A stretch of 64,000 bases of DNA from assembly GCF_004010195.1 (NCBI RefSeq), contig NC_057718.1:2676996-2740995 (forward strand), written 5' to 3'. Under the pieces are notes generated by a model, which was not told the origin of the DNA, did no database searches, and saw only the letters and a program-made list of their open reading frames with translations. Made by a program: the position numbers and the translations under genes. This document shows, one piece after another, positions 1-13,200 of the stretch (position 1 is the stretch's first letter; every line of letters starts with the position of its first letter). This DNA is from Chiloscyllium plagiosum. Its lineage: Eukaryota.

Positions 1-3000
1 TGCGGAAATTTTTTTCACCTTCTCTGATAAAGGTACCTGCCAGTAACCACGCAGTAAGACCAACTTGGTGATGTAACTGACTTGTCTGACTTTTTTGATA
101 TAATCCTTAAATTTAGAAGTTGATACATGTCCAATTTCGTAACGGTGTTGACCTTCCAATAATCCACACAAAATGGTTGAGCCATGTCTGGTTTGGAAAC
201 TAAGACGATCAGCGAACCCCTCTCGCCCTGGCTCAGTTCAATGATGTCCTCATCGAGCATACCCTCCACCTCCATCTGGACCTGCCTGACTTTGATAGGG
301 GTGTTGTTTTATCAGAGTAGTATTCCCTACGTCTACTTCATGTACAACAGCATTGGTCCTCCCCACCTGATTCTTACATATGTCCTTATACTGCAGTAAC
401 AAATCTTTCAACTGCGTTCTGTGCTCCTGAGACAGATAGCTTACTAACCTATCCCATTCCTCAAGGACTTCTTCATTTTTTAATCTATTTTGAGGCACAT
501 CAAAATCCACATCATCTGGATTGGATTCTTCACTCTGTGGGGCAGTAACTAACACCTGTTTCTCCAGTTCTTTCTCTCTAGTATAATATGGTTTCAACAT
601 GTTCACATGACTTACCTGATATCGTTTTTTTCTGTCTGGCTTCTTTATTAGATAGTTCACCTGGCTCAACTTTTTCTCAATTTGATAGAGACCACTAAAC
701 CTGGCTTTGAAGGGATCTCCTATCACTGGTAACAGAACTAACACATCATCCGCTTGGGAAAATGTCCGAGTCTCAGAGCTTTTATCTGCCACTTGCTTCA
801 TTCTATACTGTGCCCTCTTTAGGTGCTGTTGAGCTAACTCAAAGGGAGTGAACTGAGTAGATTCATTTGGGGCATCTCTAATGGCAAACAATATGAATGA
901 GATCCCTTTATCCCAATCATTCAGGTAATCCTGACAGTATGCTTTCAACATGGTCTTCAAGGTCTAATGCCACCTTTCTAAGGCTCCTGGGATTCAGGGT
1001 GATACACACTGGATTTAAAGTGTTGTATATCTAAGCTACCTATAACCTCCTTAAACAGCCGAGCAGTAAAACTTAACCCATCATCCGACTGAATCTCACT
1101 GGGTAGTCCACACTGTGTGAAGAAAGCTACTAACTCCTCTACCATCTTTTTTGCTTTGATACTCCATAATGGAATTGCCTCCGGAAATCTGGTAGACACA
1201 GCCATTTTGGTTAACAAGTACTGGTTCCCACTTTTAGTTCTCGGGAGGGGAACTACACAATCAATTATAACCCAAGTGAAAGGTTCTTCAAATGTGGGAA
1301 TTGGTAACAAAGGTGCTGGTTTTATTACCGCCTGTGGCTTACCTATCATTTGGCATGTATGACACATATGACAAACGTTAACCACAGCCTTGTGCATTCC
1401 AGGCCAATAAAAGTATTTTTGTACCTTGGTCTGAGTCTTTCGTACCCCTAAGTGACCTTCAACAGCTAGTTCATATGCTACCTGTAACGCCGCCTGTCTG
1501 TATGCCACAGGCAACACAATCTGGTGCACTTCGTCCCATTTCTCTTTGGCACTAACCTGCCGTGGTCGAAATTTCCGTCTTAGGATTCTATCTTTCAGAT
1601 AATATCCCTCCGGAATATTCTCTGCCTCCTTTTCGGAGTGCACATCCACATATCTTTTTTATCATCTTGTCTTGCTGTTGTAAGTCCCTTAGCCTTTCAG
1701 GACTAAACACTTTTGTCTGACCCTCTGCCTGTTCAGGTTTTTCCTGCACCATTACTTCAAACAGGGTATCTGCTAACTGAACCTCAACTCCTTCAGCTTT
1801 CTCTTTAGTTTTTGCTTTGTGCTGTGACTTAAAATGGTGGGATCTGGTTACTACACAGTCTGGAAAATACCAGGATATTTCTGTTTTACCTCCTCAGTTT
1901 CTTGGTTTACCTTGGGCTTCTCCACAACAAGGGGTGTCACTCCCACCTTGGATCCTGCCAAATCATTCCCAAGAATAAACGTAATTCCTGGAACTGACAT
2001 TTGTTAATCACTCCCACTGTTACTTCCCCAGTCTTGAGTTGGCACTCCAACCTGATCTTACATAGGGGAATGCTAAATTTCTGTCCGTCTATCCCACAAA
2101 TTATCACACTCTTGGGTAACAGAACAGAAAGAGTGCAAATTTACTCATCCCTTACTATCAGCAACTGGTTAGATCCTGCATCTCTCAAAATTATAACTTC
2201 TTGTCCTTCTCCCCCTGTTCTTTCTGAGTACCCACAGAGGTGAGCTCTTTGTAGAGATCAGGTACTAACTCCATACCCAGCCCTGCCGAGGCCGTGCACT
2301 CTCCTGCAGCTCCTCAGCTCTACTAAAGGGTCTCCTTTATTACCTTCACTAAAGCCACTGGCTTAGCTTCTTTTACATCTTTTCGCACAGTGCCTTTCTT
2401 TAACGACCAGCACTGTGACTTTACGTGTCCAACCTTCTGGTAGAGAAAACACCTTTTCCCAGTGCCCTTCTGAAACCACGGGCACTGTAATGTTCTATGT
2501 CCCACTCCATTACAGTGAAAACACCTGAGGCCTTTGACCTCCATTCAACCCTCTTGGGCTTCTTTAACCTGTAGTAAAATCTTAACAGTGTTCTCTACTC
2601 TGTTTCATACTGTAGGATCTCCCTTTCTCCCAACATCCATTCCTTATAGGATGAAATTCTGGCTAGATGCTTGTCTTATGCATCAGCATGTATTCATCAG
2701 CTAATTTTGCAACCCTTCTCACTTCCTGAATTTTCTGTTCCTCCACACGAATTCTTATCATCTCTGGAAGTGAGTTTTTTAAACTCCTTGAGGAGAATAA
2801 TCTCTCTTAGAGCCTCAAAGGGCCTATCTATCTTTAAAGCATCTATCAAAATGACTATGTTTAATTCTTTCAAACTCAACATAACTCTGACTTGGTTGCA
2901 TCTTTGTGTTTCTGAACTGCTGTCTATATGTTTCTGGTATCAATTCATTAGCAATTAAAATATCCTGTTTACCCTCTTCATAATCTCTTGACCCCTCATT

Positions 3001-4562
3001 TGACAGTGCGGCAAATACCTCACTAGCTCTGCTGACCTGTTTAGTCTGTACTAGCATTACCCATAAATCCTCAGACCGGTCCATTTGCCTAGCCCATTTT
3101 TCAAGTGAAATAAAAAAGGCTTCAATATCTTTCTCATCAAAATGTGGCAAAGTTTTGACATATTTGTATATATCTCTATCTTCTTTTTTCATCTCTATCC
3201 TGTTAACTTGACTTTGCTGACTAAGTGCAACTTCTCAAGTTCAAATTCTCTCTCTCTTTCTCTTTCCCTTTCTTCCTTCTCCATTTGCTCAGCTAACAAC
3301 CTTCTCTCTCTCTCTCTCTCTTTCCTCTTTCTGTCTTTCTCATTTTCTCTCTTTTTGTTTACCTTCTAAATACATTTTCCTCAATGATAACTTAGGTTTT
3401 TGTACCTCAGCTGCACTTGTCTGTTTCTCTGACACACCTAAGTGTTTGAATAATTCCCTTACACATTCAGCTTTACTTTTGTCCTTGGTTAAACCCATAT
3501 CTAATTTCTTTGCTAATTCTAAACGTATGGCCTGTTTCTTTCCTTCCAAACCTTTTTGGAAAATTTGAGAATCATCTTCAAATTCCAGAATCTCTTTAGC
3601 AATTTTAATAGCCATTTCTCTCATTTCTCATTTAATCAACCATATGTCACTGAAATTAAACAAATTGCCTCACCTACATTTTGTTTAAAGATCTAGGACA
3701 CTAACCTGCAAATGTTTAAATGTATTGGGCTTTTTCATTCCCCAAATCTATTTAAATCAGTCTAAACCTGTGCAAATCACAATTCCAAGACCTAAACTGC
3801 TCAAATCCAGGACGAGCCCCCAAACTGTCACGAACCAGGGTAAACCCCTCTGCTAATTGAAACCAGCAACACAGAAAAGGTTCATCCCATTCTATAATCT
3901 GTGAAAATTTGAGAGGCAATAAACTATTCCAAAGTCACAATTTAAAGTACAAAAAATTAAGAACTTTATTCTTTAAGTCTAATAGAGAATATTAACTAAC
4001 AACTCTTAACAACTCCTTTCCTTAAACATATCTTTTACCTCCTCCTCTATCCAAACTGCTCCGATAAAACCCCCAATTAAGATTTGCAAAAAATTCAAAT
4101 TTCAAAACCAGCCCGCTGTTGAATCTTCTCTTTATATCTTCTTCTCTAGATTTTCTCTCCAGTTCGGTATCAATTTTTTTCTGTGCAAATTCCTTCTCCA
4201 GACAGGTACTTCTCAGAGAGCTCTAACTAGCAGCCCACATCTGTTGGTCTTTTGACAGTTCTCTTTGCTGCTCTTTGCCTCTCTGGGTAACTGTTCGAAA
4301 TGTCTGATATTCATACCCTAAAACATTTGATTGCTTCATTGGTTTTAATATTGTCAAAACACCAAATTCAAAGTTGAATGGAGTTTGGTATCTCGGGGCA
4401 TAACTTAAACTGATTAGTCAAATTTGAATTTGCTTTTTGTAGCCAGGCAACTGAGCTACTCTAGTTGTTCAGCCAAATGTTACATTGTTACCTTATTCAG
4501 AATACTCTACTGTGTCAGGTAGTTCTGTGAGCTTTTTAGTACACCTCCAGACCTTCTTAATA
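1..4562 (-). mobile_element. Gmr1-like Ty3/Gypsy LTR retrotransposon, decayed (5' LTR, PBS, gag, PR, IN, start of RT); continues beyond window start
   Basis: Minus-strand order: gag (3624-2320, zinc knuckles CFHCNGVGHRTLQC and a degenerate second one), protease-like LRDAGS (~2140), integrase (GHLGVRKT..FYWPG..C, SEIQSD, YHPESQ; 1649-250), then RT start (IKQHPY, CVDYWKVN; <330). Many stops and frameshifts. LTR ~3826-4562. Confidence 0.88.
3805..3822 (-). promoter_or_regulatory. Primer-binding site complementary to tRNA-Pro
   Basis: TGGGGGCTCGTCCTGGAT, a 17/18 match to the tRNA-Pro PBS TGGGGGCTCGTCCGGGAT, 3 nt after the LTR end ...TGACA. Confidence 0.85.
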
Positions 4563-4733
4563 GTTTAGAGATTTTCAATGGATGCGTGCGAGCAGCAGTT
4601 TGAACGTTTGCAAGTCCACAGAGGACCCAAATTGAAACATTTGTATCGAAAGGCCATACAGTTAGGAGACAAAGCAGCAGTTTTTATTAAGACAATAGTC
4701 TTTTGAGCTTAGCCAATCAATCTGAACCAGGTA

Positions 4734-5077
4734 CAGATAGACAATCCTTTATACGAAAATCCGTCATCCGAAAACCTCCAAAATCCGAAGTATTTCTTGT
4801 GAAGTTACTTTCTGCATAACAAGTTTGTTTGATGTGCAAACAATTAACCCAACTCCACACCAACTTGACCCACATCACTCAGACATGACATGGCAAAGTG
4901 GCCTAGCACTGGCAGGCGTCAATTCTGTCTCAGCACTCGTAGTACTCACAGATGCGTCTGCCATTCGGTATTTTTTTTAATTTCACCGTTAAACTGTCAC
5001 TTATTCCAAAATCCAAAACAATCCCAAAATCTGAAAACCAGCTGGCCCAGAGGCGTTCAGATAAAGGCTTGTGTCTG
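4734..5077. mobile_element. Tigger/pogo-like (Tc1-mariner) non-autonomous DNA transposon
   Basis: TA|CAGATAGACAATCCTTTAT...ATAAAGGCTTGTGTCTG|TA: imperfect terminal inverted repeats with TA flanks. Confidence 0.65.
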
Positions 5078-5094
5078 TAGTTAGATACCAAAAG

Positions 5095-5300
5095 TCATAA
5101 AAAATGTGGCACTGGAAAAGCAGAGCAGGTCAGGCAGCAGCCGAGGAACAGGAAACTCAATGTTTCAGGCATAAGCCCTTTATCAGAAATGCCTGAAATG
5201 TCGACACTCCTGCTCCCCGGATGCTGCCTGACTGGCTGTGCTTTTCCAGTATCATACATTTTGACTCTGATCTCCAGCATATACAGTCCTCACTTTCACT
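5095..5300. mobile_element. Penelope-derived palindromic terminal fragment
   Basis: ctggaaaagcagagcaggtcaggcagcagcc...ggatgctgcctgactggctgtgcttttccag; same family as 29876-30078 and 62391-62620. Confidence 0.65.
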
Positions 5301-5964
5301 TGGATACCAAAAACCTATTAAATTTAAATGTGACGGTTTTGACAACATTGGATCAATCCTATTGTAAGAAATATTGAGATGTCATCATGGGTATAAAAGA
5401 AGGGGGCAGTTGGACAAAGACCTCAGAGAAAGCTGCCATCCGTTAGAGCTAATGACCATCAGCTACTGAGAGAGAATTGCTGGCTCTCACAGCCTCCTCT
5501 ATGTCTGAGAGTAAAACACCGTCTAAATGAGAATTGTACTAATAGCACAACTATTTAATATTCCTGACAGGAGAATTGATCGTGAAGGCACAGAAGATTC
5601 CAGAAGACATGTAAACAGGCTACAGTTACGAGAAACTAAATGCTATTTTCTGTTTTATGAGTGGACTCATACTTATTGGAACAGCATACCACCAGAATCT
5701 TGTTTTATTTGGTAATAATTAAGAGTTAGAAGGGATTTATTTGGCAAATTAATAATTTCATTAATTTGTTCACTGTTAGAAGTACATAAATAAATTGTTA
5801 CTTATTAATTGTAAAGTCAGTATCAGAGGTTTAATTTATTTAATAACTGGAAGTTGCTTAAAGGCAGGTTGCACCACTTTCCCCCCTCCTTAAACAGATT
5901 ATAGGGCAAGGTGCTCCTCTTGGGGTGTTTCAGTTTTAGTTCTTCAGAGGAGTGTCTGCTTTAT

Positions 5965-6900
5965 AAAAATATCAATGACTTAGATGAAAATGTAGATGGG
6001 TGGGTGAGAAGCTTGCAGGTGATCCAAAGATGGTGTAGAGGTTGGCAAAAGATACAGCAGGATATAGATCAGTTGCAGATATGGGTTGAGAAATGGCAAA
6101 TGGAGTTTAATTCGAGTAAGTGTGGGGTGCTGCGCTTTTGGAGATCAAATGTTAAGGAAATGTATACAGTTAATGGCAGGACCTTAAAATGCATTGTTGT
6201 CGCGAGAGACTTGGGGTTCAAGTCCACACCTCCCTGAAAGTGGTCTTGCAAATGGATAGTGTTGTAAAGAAGGCACATGCATGCTTGCATTTATTGATCA
6301 GGGAATTGAGTACAATAGTCAGGTTGCAGCTTTATCAGACTTTGGTTAGGCCACATTTAGAGTATCGTAATCAACTCTGATTACCACATGACAGGAAGGA
6401 TATGATGGCTTTGGAGAGAGTGCAGAAGAGGTTTACCAAGATGCTGCCTGGATTAGAGGGTATGAGCCATAAGGAGAGGTTAGAAAAAACTCAGGTTGCT
6501 TTCTCTGGGGCAACAGAAGCTGAGGAGAAGCTTGATAGATGTCCATAAGATAATGAGATGTATGGATTGGATTGACAGTCCTTTTCCCAGAGTTGAAATG
6601 TCTAATACTATGAGATACGCATTTAAGGTGAGAGAGGGGACATTCACAGTAGATTTAAGGGCCAAGGGTTTTACACAGAGAGTGGAGGAGTCTGGAATGC
6701 ACTGCCAGGGATGGCAGTGGAACCAGATACAATCGGGGTGTTTAAGGAATTTTCAAACAAGCCACATGAATGTTCAAGGATTGGAGGAATATGCACCACA
6801 GGCAGGCAGAAGGGATTAGTTTCATTTGGCATTATGTTCAGCACAACATCGTGGGCCAAAGGACCCATTCATGTGCTGTACTGTTCCAGGTTCTATCAAG
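5965..6900 (+). mobile_element. CR1-type LINE 3' fragment (RT C-terminus + 3' UTR)
   Basis: Degenerate INDLDE..., QQDIDQL..W.EKWQMEFN..KC.VL, LYQTLVRPHLEY and FTQRV motifs. Confidence 0.85.
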
Positions 6901-7111
6901 GTCTGAGAGGATCAGAGTGCACAGTAATTTCAGGGTCTAGGAGGGTCTGAGTGCCTAGTAATCTCAGGGTCTGGGAATATATGGACATGGGACATTTGTT
7001 GGTGAGGCAGCCTGAATCTGGGTGAATGTGAAGTTGAAGCTGAGATGAGTCTGTTCGAGTGAACTGTTCTTGGCTGCTCCTTGCTGCAGAGTGAAAGGGT
7101 CCTGTTGAACT

Positions 7112-7234
7112 TCAGTTTCTTGCCCGTTTTATAACTGCGTATTCCGAGCTCCTTTCAGCAGCTGTCACTGTCGGCTGGCTGCTTCCTTGTCGATGAAAGT
7201 GAACCTCAGCATAATGACATTCCCCTTCAGCATG
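7112..7234 (-). CDS. Terminal cytoplasmic exon with ITIM-like and ITIM/ITSM-like motifs
   Basis: Acceptor tttgtgttcgattccag|CAT, phase 0. Translates HAEGECHYAEVHFHRQGSSQPTVTAAERSSEYAVIKRARN*. The CHYAEV...SEYAVI pair resembles the paired Tyr motifs of CD33-type Siglec, SIRP and PD-1 tails. Confidence 0.85.
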   Translation of the reverse strand, partial: HAEGECHYAEVHFHRQGSSQPTVTAAERSSEYAVIKRARN

Positions 7235-10200
7235 CTGGAATCGAACACAAACATCACTCAGTAATTTCCTCACAGACACCGCAAGATCCCAGCAGCAGCG
7301 CTGAGCAAATGGTCTGCTTTGGTGAATGTTGGGGAATAGACACACATCACCCAGGGAGTTCAGCAGAACCTCTCTGCTCTCTGCCAAACTAATGCCCAGG
7401 ATGTTTTACATCCATCCGAAGCAGCAGAGAGGATCGCGATTTCACTCCATGCCCAAAAGAGGGGCAGCTTTTATAGAGCAGTACTCTCTCAGTACTGCCC
7501 TGGAGGGTCAGCCCAAAATCTGTGCTCAAATCTGTGCACTGAGGCTTGAATCAATATCCATCTGAATGAGCAGCAAGAGAGTCCCCAATGAGCCCTGGCT
7601 GGTATCCAAGGATGTCAGGATCATGATCTGGGAGGGAAAAGCTGGAATGCTGGCTCATCCCCACTCCTTAATCTCGGGTGCTGAGGTCAATGGAGCCAAG
7701 CTCCTCTCTCCCCCCGACTGCAGTCAGCTCAGTTGGAGCAGAGCAGGGATTGAATCTCCCTGACCCAGGGCTTGTTGTGGGTTTCAGCTCCTCACAGGCA
7801 CCAGACAGCAATCGGTTGGATACTGAGGGAAGGAAGAACATTGGGGATGGTGAAGGAAGGTGAAACTGAGATTGAATCACAGCCACAAGGTACTGGCTCA
7901 TTCCCCCTTCTTAATCTCAACCCTCAGAGGGTCCCCCTGCACCTGAACAATCCATTAGGAGGAACATAGACCCCAGGGCATTCTCTCTGTGATGGTAATC
8001 CCACAAAATGTGAGAGCATTTCCCAGGCACTGGAACATTGTGGATATTTCTGTCCAGGCAACTTGTCCCAAGATTAAAAAGAAGGGAATGATTGATTGCT
8101 CTTTGATTATTTTCTGTCAAAGCCTGTTGTGGAACAGAGACTTTCTGTGTGTTACAAGTTATGGTTTGTTATCGTTCTGGTGATACCGAAGTTCCTCCCG
8201 GATGTGGCTTCTGTTTCTCAAAATGCAGCAAAAACCAACAGCGGTGTCCCATTTCCTTACCACAACAGGAGGAACTGCTGCTCGCTCACTGCTCCGTGTT
8301 CGATCTGAAAGAAAACAGAATGAAACCTCTTCAGAATGGAGCCAAGTCATGATCGAGCTCTTTCAACTGGGAAAGATGGTGAGGGGAAAATGCCAGTGTG
8401 ACTTTGGGCAGTTTTAGAGGAAGGTAGCTGATGGGAATCCTGGACACTGCTCTCCGTTATAACGTTCATCATGTCAATCACTCAAACTCAGCACAGAGCA
8501 CCATCGACTAATCACACCCACATTAGATCTTTTAAAGAGTTATTGTGCTCATTCCCACAGCCCTGCTCTTTATCAGTGACCCTTTACATCCCTCTTCCTC
8601 AAGTACCTATCCAAACCCTTCTTCACACTCATTGTGGAATCAGCTTCTAACACCTTTTCAGGGAGTGTGTTCAAGATCGCAGCAATTCTGTCCAGTGAAA
8701 ACATTTCTCCTTATCCCCGCTCTTTTGTGGTGATGAACAGTATGTGAAATATCTCATCATTGTAATTTGGAATTATTAAAAAAGAGATATGCATGAATAT
8801 GGATTCGTGCTGCTGAGATTCTTTTAAAAGGTCAGAAAGTCATTCTGGAACAGGAATTCAATGCAGCCATTCCAAGAAGACACGTGAATGCCATCTGGGA
8901 GTTCGGAGAGCCTCTGCAGTGTTAAATAAATAATAGCTATCCTTCTGGGTTCATGACCGACAGTGTAAATGTTTTGTTTTGAGTTCAGTTCGATAAACAC
9001 AAAGATTAAGCTGAACACAACCAAGAGTTGAATTCAGAATAAAGATTGAGTTTCTCTCCCAGCTAGAGTTTTAAATGGAGAAGAAACCAGTCACCACAGC
9101 AGCAATGTTTTTCCCATTTGTGAACTTCTCCAAACAAGGAGAATTTGGGACAGAAACGGGCGGCACAGTGGTTAGCACTGCTGCCTCACAGCGCCAGAGA
9201 CCCGGATTCAATTCCTGCCTCAGGTGACTGACTGTGTGGAGTTTGCACATTCTCCCCCTATCTGCGTGGGTTTCCTCCGGGTGCTCCGGTTTCCTCCCAC
9301 AGTCCAAAGATGTGCAGGTTAGGTGAATTGGCCATGCTGGGTCTGGGTGGGTTGCGCTTTGACAGGTCGGTGTGGACTTGTTGGACGAAGGGTCTGTTTC
9401 CACACTGTAAGCAATCGAATCTAAACCTTCAACTTGTTCAAATTGAAAATGTAGAGACATTAGAACATTGACTGATTCATGCATTTGAATTCAGATTAAA
9501 AACTAAGAAATTGTTATGACAGTTCAAGACAAAGAAATGAACAGGAATCAGTATTTGGGAAATTAAAGGGTTGAGACTGGAATATAATTTTGCCACACTG
9601 TGGAAATATGCCCTTTGGCCCAACAACTCAACACCAACCCTCTGAAGAACAACCCTCCCAGACCCATTCCCCTACTTAATAAACTACACTATGGGCAATT
9701 TAGCATGGCCAATTCATCTAACCTGCACATGTTTGGATTGTGGGAGGAAACCAGAGCACACCCACATAGACACGGGGAGAATGTGCAAACTCTATTGACA
9801 GTCATCTGAGGCTGGAATCAAACCCAGGTTGCTGGTGCTGTGAGGCAGCAGTGATAACTGTGCCTCTGTAATAGATAGCGATGAGAATTTGGGTGAAACA
9901 TTGTTTTAATGAGTGTGTTAAGGTTCTTCGCACTGTAATAAATATATACACACATATTATGTTTTTTTTCTTTCTTTGGTGCAATAAACGTAAGTTCCAT
10001 TGTTAAAGAACATATGCAGCCTCGTGTGAATATTTCCCAGTGAGTTACCATAATGGTAAGTTGTGTTGATCCAACAAATGAGCTGCTCTAACCATGAGCT
10101 TATCAATGATATCAGAAATCTAATGATGTTAAATGGAGATTTGGATCAAAGAGTAATTCCTGCCCAATGTTGCAATATTGATGGAATTAGTTTGCTTACC

Positions 10201-13200
10201 ATTTACTGTTGTATACACAATGTTCTGGTCTTCAACAGGGCTCCTAAATAAATGCAACACATTCGATTTATTGCACATCTACCACAGAACAACACTGTCT
10301 CCTTCACAGTCTCGGGATGATGGATTTTACACTATTCACCATGGACTTTCAAGACCAGTTTAAAGATAAAAAGGATGATCTCGAAACTTGGTTCTTTTTT
10401 TTAAAAGAGCAGAATTTATGTGAACAACTATGGAAAGAATTTGACCAAAACAGAGGGCATGCTGGGAAACTTAGCCAAGTTGTTGTTATTCCTGTTGTGG
10501 GCGGCACGGTGGCGGAGTGGTTAGCACTGCTGCCTCGCAGCGCCAGAGACCCGGGTTCAATTCCCGACTCAGGCGACTGACTGTGTGGAGTTTGCACGTT
10601 CTTCCCGTGTCTGCGTGGGTTTCCTCCGGGTGCTCCGGTTTCCTCCCACAGTCCAAAGATGTGCAGGTTAGGTGAATTGGCCATACTAAATTGCCCGTAG
10701 TGTTAGGTAAGGGGTAAATGTAGGGGTATGGGTGGGTTTGCTTCGGCGGGTCGGTGTGGACTTGTTGGGCCGAAGAGCCTGTTTCCACACTGTAATCTAA
10801 TCTGACTGTGGAAGGGAGACATTTCTTCAAGAAACTTGCTGCACTGTCAGCTGGTACAGACCGAGAAATAAGCTCATATTGGAATAGAGCTGGAGCAAGT
10901 CATCAGCAAGTGGATTTGTGACTTTGCTCTGGCCTGTGATGTGATCAGAAAACTTCTGGCTCAAGTCTGGCTTTGATTGTTAAGGGGCCTCACTGTGAAG
11001 GGGCAGTATCTCTCTCTCTCTGAGACAGATCATCTGGGTTCAAGCCCCAACTGCCCCAGAGAGGAGTCAGAACAGATTGAAAAGTAACAATGAAGTCAAT
11101 CATTTCCCAGTGACTTCTCTACAATGGAACAGGATCCAGCTAAAAAGTGCGAGTGAGGAAGGATTTACCCTTAAGCTTTCAGAAAAATAGCTGATGTTAG
11201 TTTCTGATTTATGTAAGTTTCAAACTCTATTCATGTGTAAACTGTTCATGCTTTAACATCAATAAACCAATCATTTAGAAAAATGTTTAGAGATGGAATT
11301 GATTTTTATCTCTCTTATCCCAGAGGTTCAGAAAGAATATTCTAGCAGGGAGGATTGGGCAAAATCAAAACTCTGTCTTGCAGCTCATGTTAGGAGCTGA
11401 TGATTGGAGATTTTAATCTTTCCATTGGAATGCAACAAACACGGCGTGTGCACTGGACTGAAGCGGTCCAAGAAGGCAACTCACCATCACCTTCTCCATG
11501 GGAATAAATACTGAGCCCAGCCACTGATGCCTATATTCCACAGGTGAATATGAGAATAACCGTCATATTTGGAGACAGAGTAGAGACTGATATGGGTGCT
11601 ACATTTCAATTCTTTTTGAGTGTCTTTCTCAGTAACAGGACTCTGTAACCTGAGCTGGAGGGTCATGGATAAACAGGAACTAGACTCAGCTGGATACAGT
11701 GATCCACTGGGCTCCCTGTGTATGGACAATACTTTAACTTCCCACTGTATTTACACTCACTGTTAGATTCAAACAATCTTCACAGAGTCAGCGGTTACAA
11801 TTTTAGCATCAAGAGAATATTCTTTATCTTTTGAATGTTAGTTAAGACCCTCTGGGCATGTGTGTCCTTTGCTCAGGTGAACATTCCATCAGCCTCCAGA
11901 CACTGACAGAGCTCTCAAGGTCATGAAGCTGTGAAGACTGAGAGAGTGACCTGCACATCTGAAGTACAGTCAGCAGGATTGCTTTATTTAAGAAAATATA
12001 TCATTTAACAGAGACGATTCAGAAAAGGTTCATAAGGATGATCCCTGGTGTGGAAGGATAGTCTTATGAGCAAAGGCTAAACTGGTTGGGATTCTACTTA
12101 CTGGAGATGAGAGAATGAGAGGTGATCGCGTTGAAACATATGATTATTATGGGCTTGACAGAGTTAATGCTGAGGAGAGTGTTTCCCTCATGGGAGTGTC
12201 TAGAGCCAGAGGACATAGTCTCAGAATAATGGGGCATCAATTTAAGACTGAGATGAGGAGGAATTTCTTATCTGTAAGGGTTGAGAGTCTTTGGAACTCC
12301 TTGCTATAGAGAGCTGTGGGGGCAGATTCTTCGAATTTTTGAGATGGAGATCTTGATCAGTTGGGGATTTGTGGGTTATAGAAAGAGGCAGGAGAGTGAT
12401 TGAGAGGAATGTTGGATCAGCCATGATCCTATTGGGTGGCAGAGCAGGCTTTAGGGTTAAATGGCCTATTCCTGTTCCTATTTCTTCTGGTCAACAACTC
12501 ACTGGGATGCTGCCAAGTACAATAAATGGAATTACAAAGAAAGACTTCAGAAAGTCTTTATATCATTGGATGAACCAAACTTTAGGACTGTAATCAAAGT
12601 ATTTAAAATCCTTTAAAAGGGCAATGAATGAGAGAGAAACAGACTATTGAGGGGATGAAGTATGAGGGATCATCAATACAAATTGCAAAAGAAAAGATTG
12701 AGTCTAGACGTTCAGGAAATCCCTTCACCAGATGATGGGGAGGCTCTGGGAGTCTCTCCAGATTAATGGTAGGTGGAGGATCAATGTCAACATTCAGGAT
12801 TCAATTGGAGAGGGGTGTGAGGATAAAGGGGATCGAATGGATAGGGGAACAGGACAGGGAACTGTGATTTGGGCTTTCTCCTGATGTGGAAGTGAATGGC
12901 CAGTATGGGCTCAGTGGATAATGATCCAGTACCTAATGGGGATCCTGCAGGTGATGTCTAATGCTTGACCCATTCAAAGCTTTCTGACTGTCACCAGCAG
13001 GTACCTGTAGCCTGGCACTGGAGGATGTGTGATACTAGAGATAGAGCAAACTGGCATTGATTGGGCATCTGGATGTAAGGTATGGTCTCGACAGTCACTG
13101 ACCTACCATTTACACTGGATCTGTGTGCTACAGTGGGAATATCAGCACTCACTAAAAACAACTGCCCCAATGTTGAAAATGATAACAGTGTAGTGACAGA

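Noticed and set aside
9158-9240. tRNA gene-like A/B boxes
   Set aside because: These are tRNA-derived heads of HE1-type SINEs, not tRNA genes.
13107-13151. Possible extra small cytoplasmic exon (tttttag|TGAGTGCTGAT...AATG|gtagg)
   Set aside because: With the strong TAG acceptor it gives a stop after the phase-2 TM donor. The in-frame option needs a weak GAG acceptor, and exon 10243-10200 already supplies the 2-1 phase with better sites.
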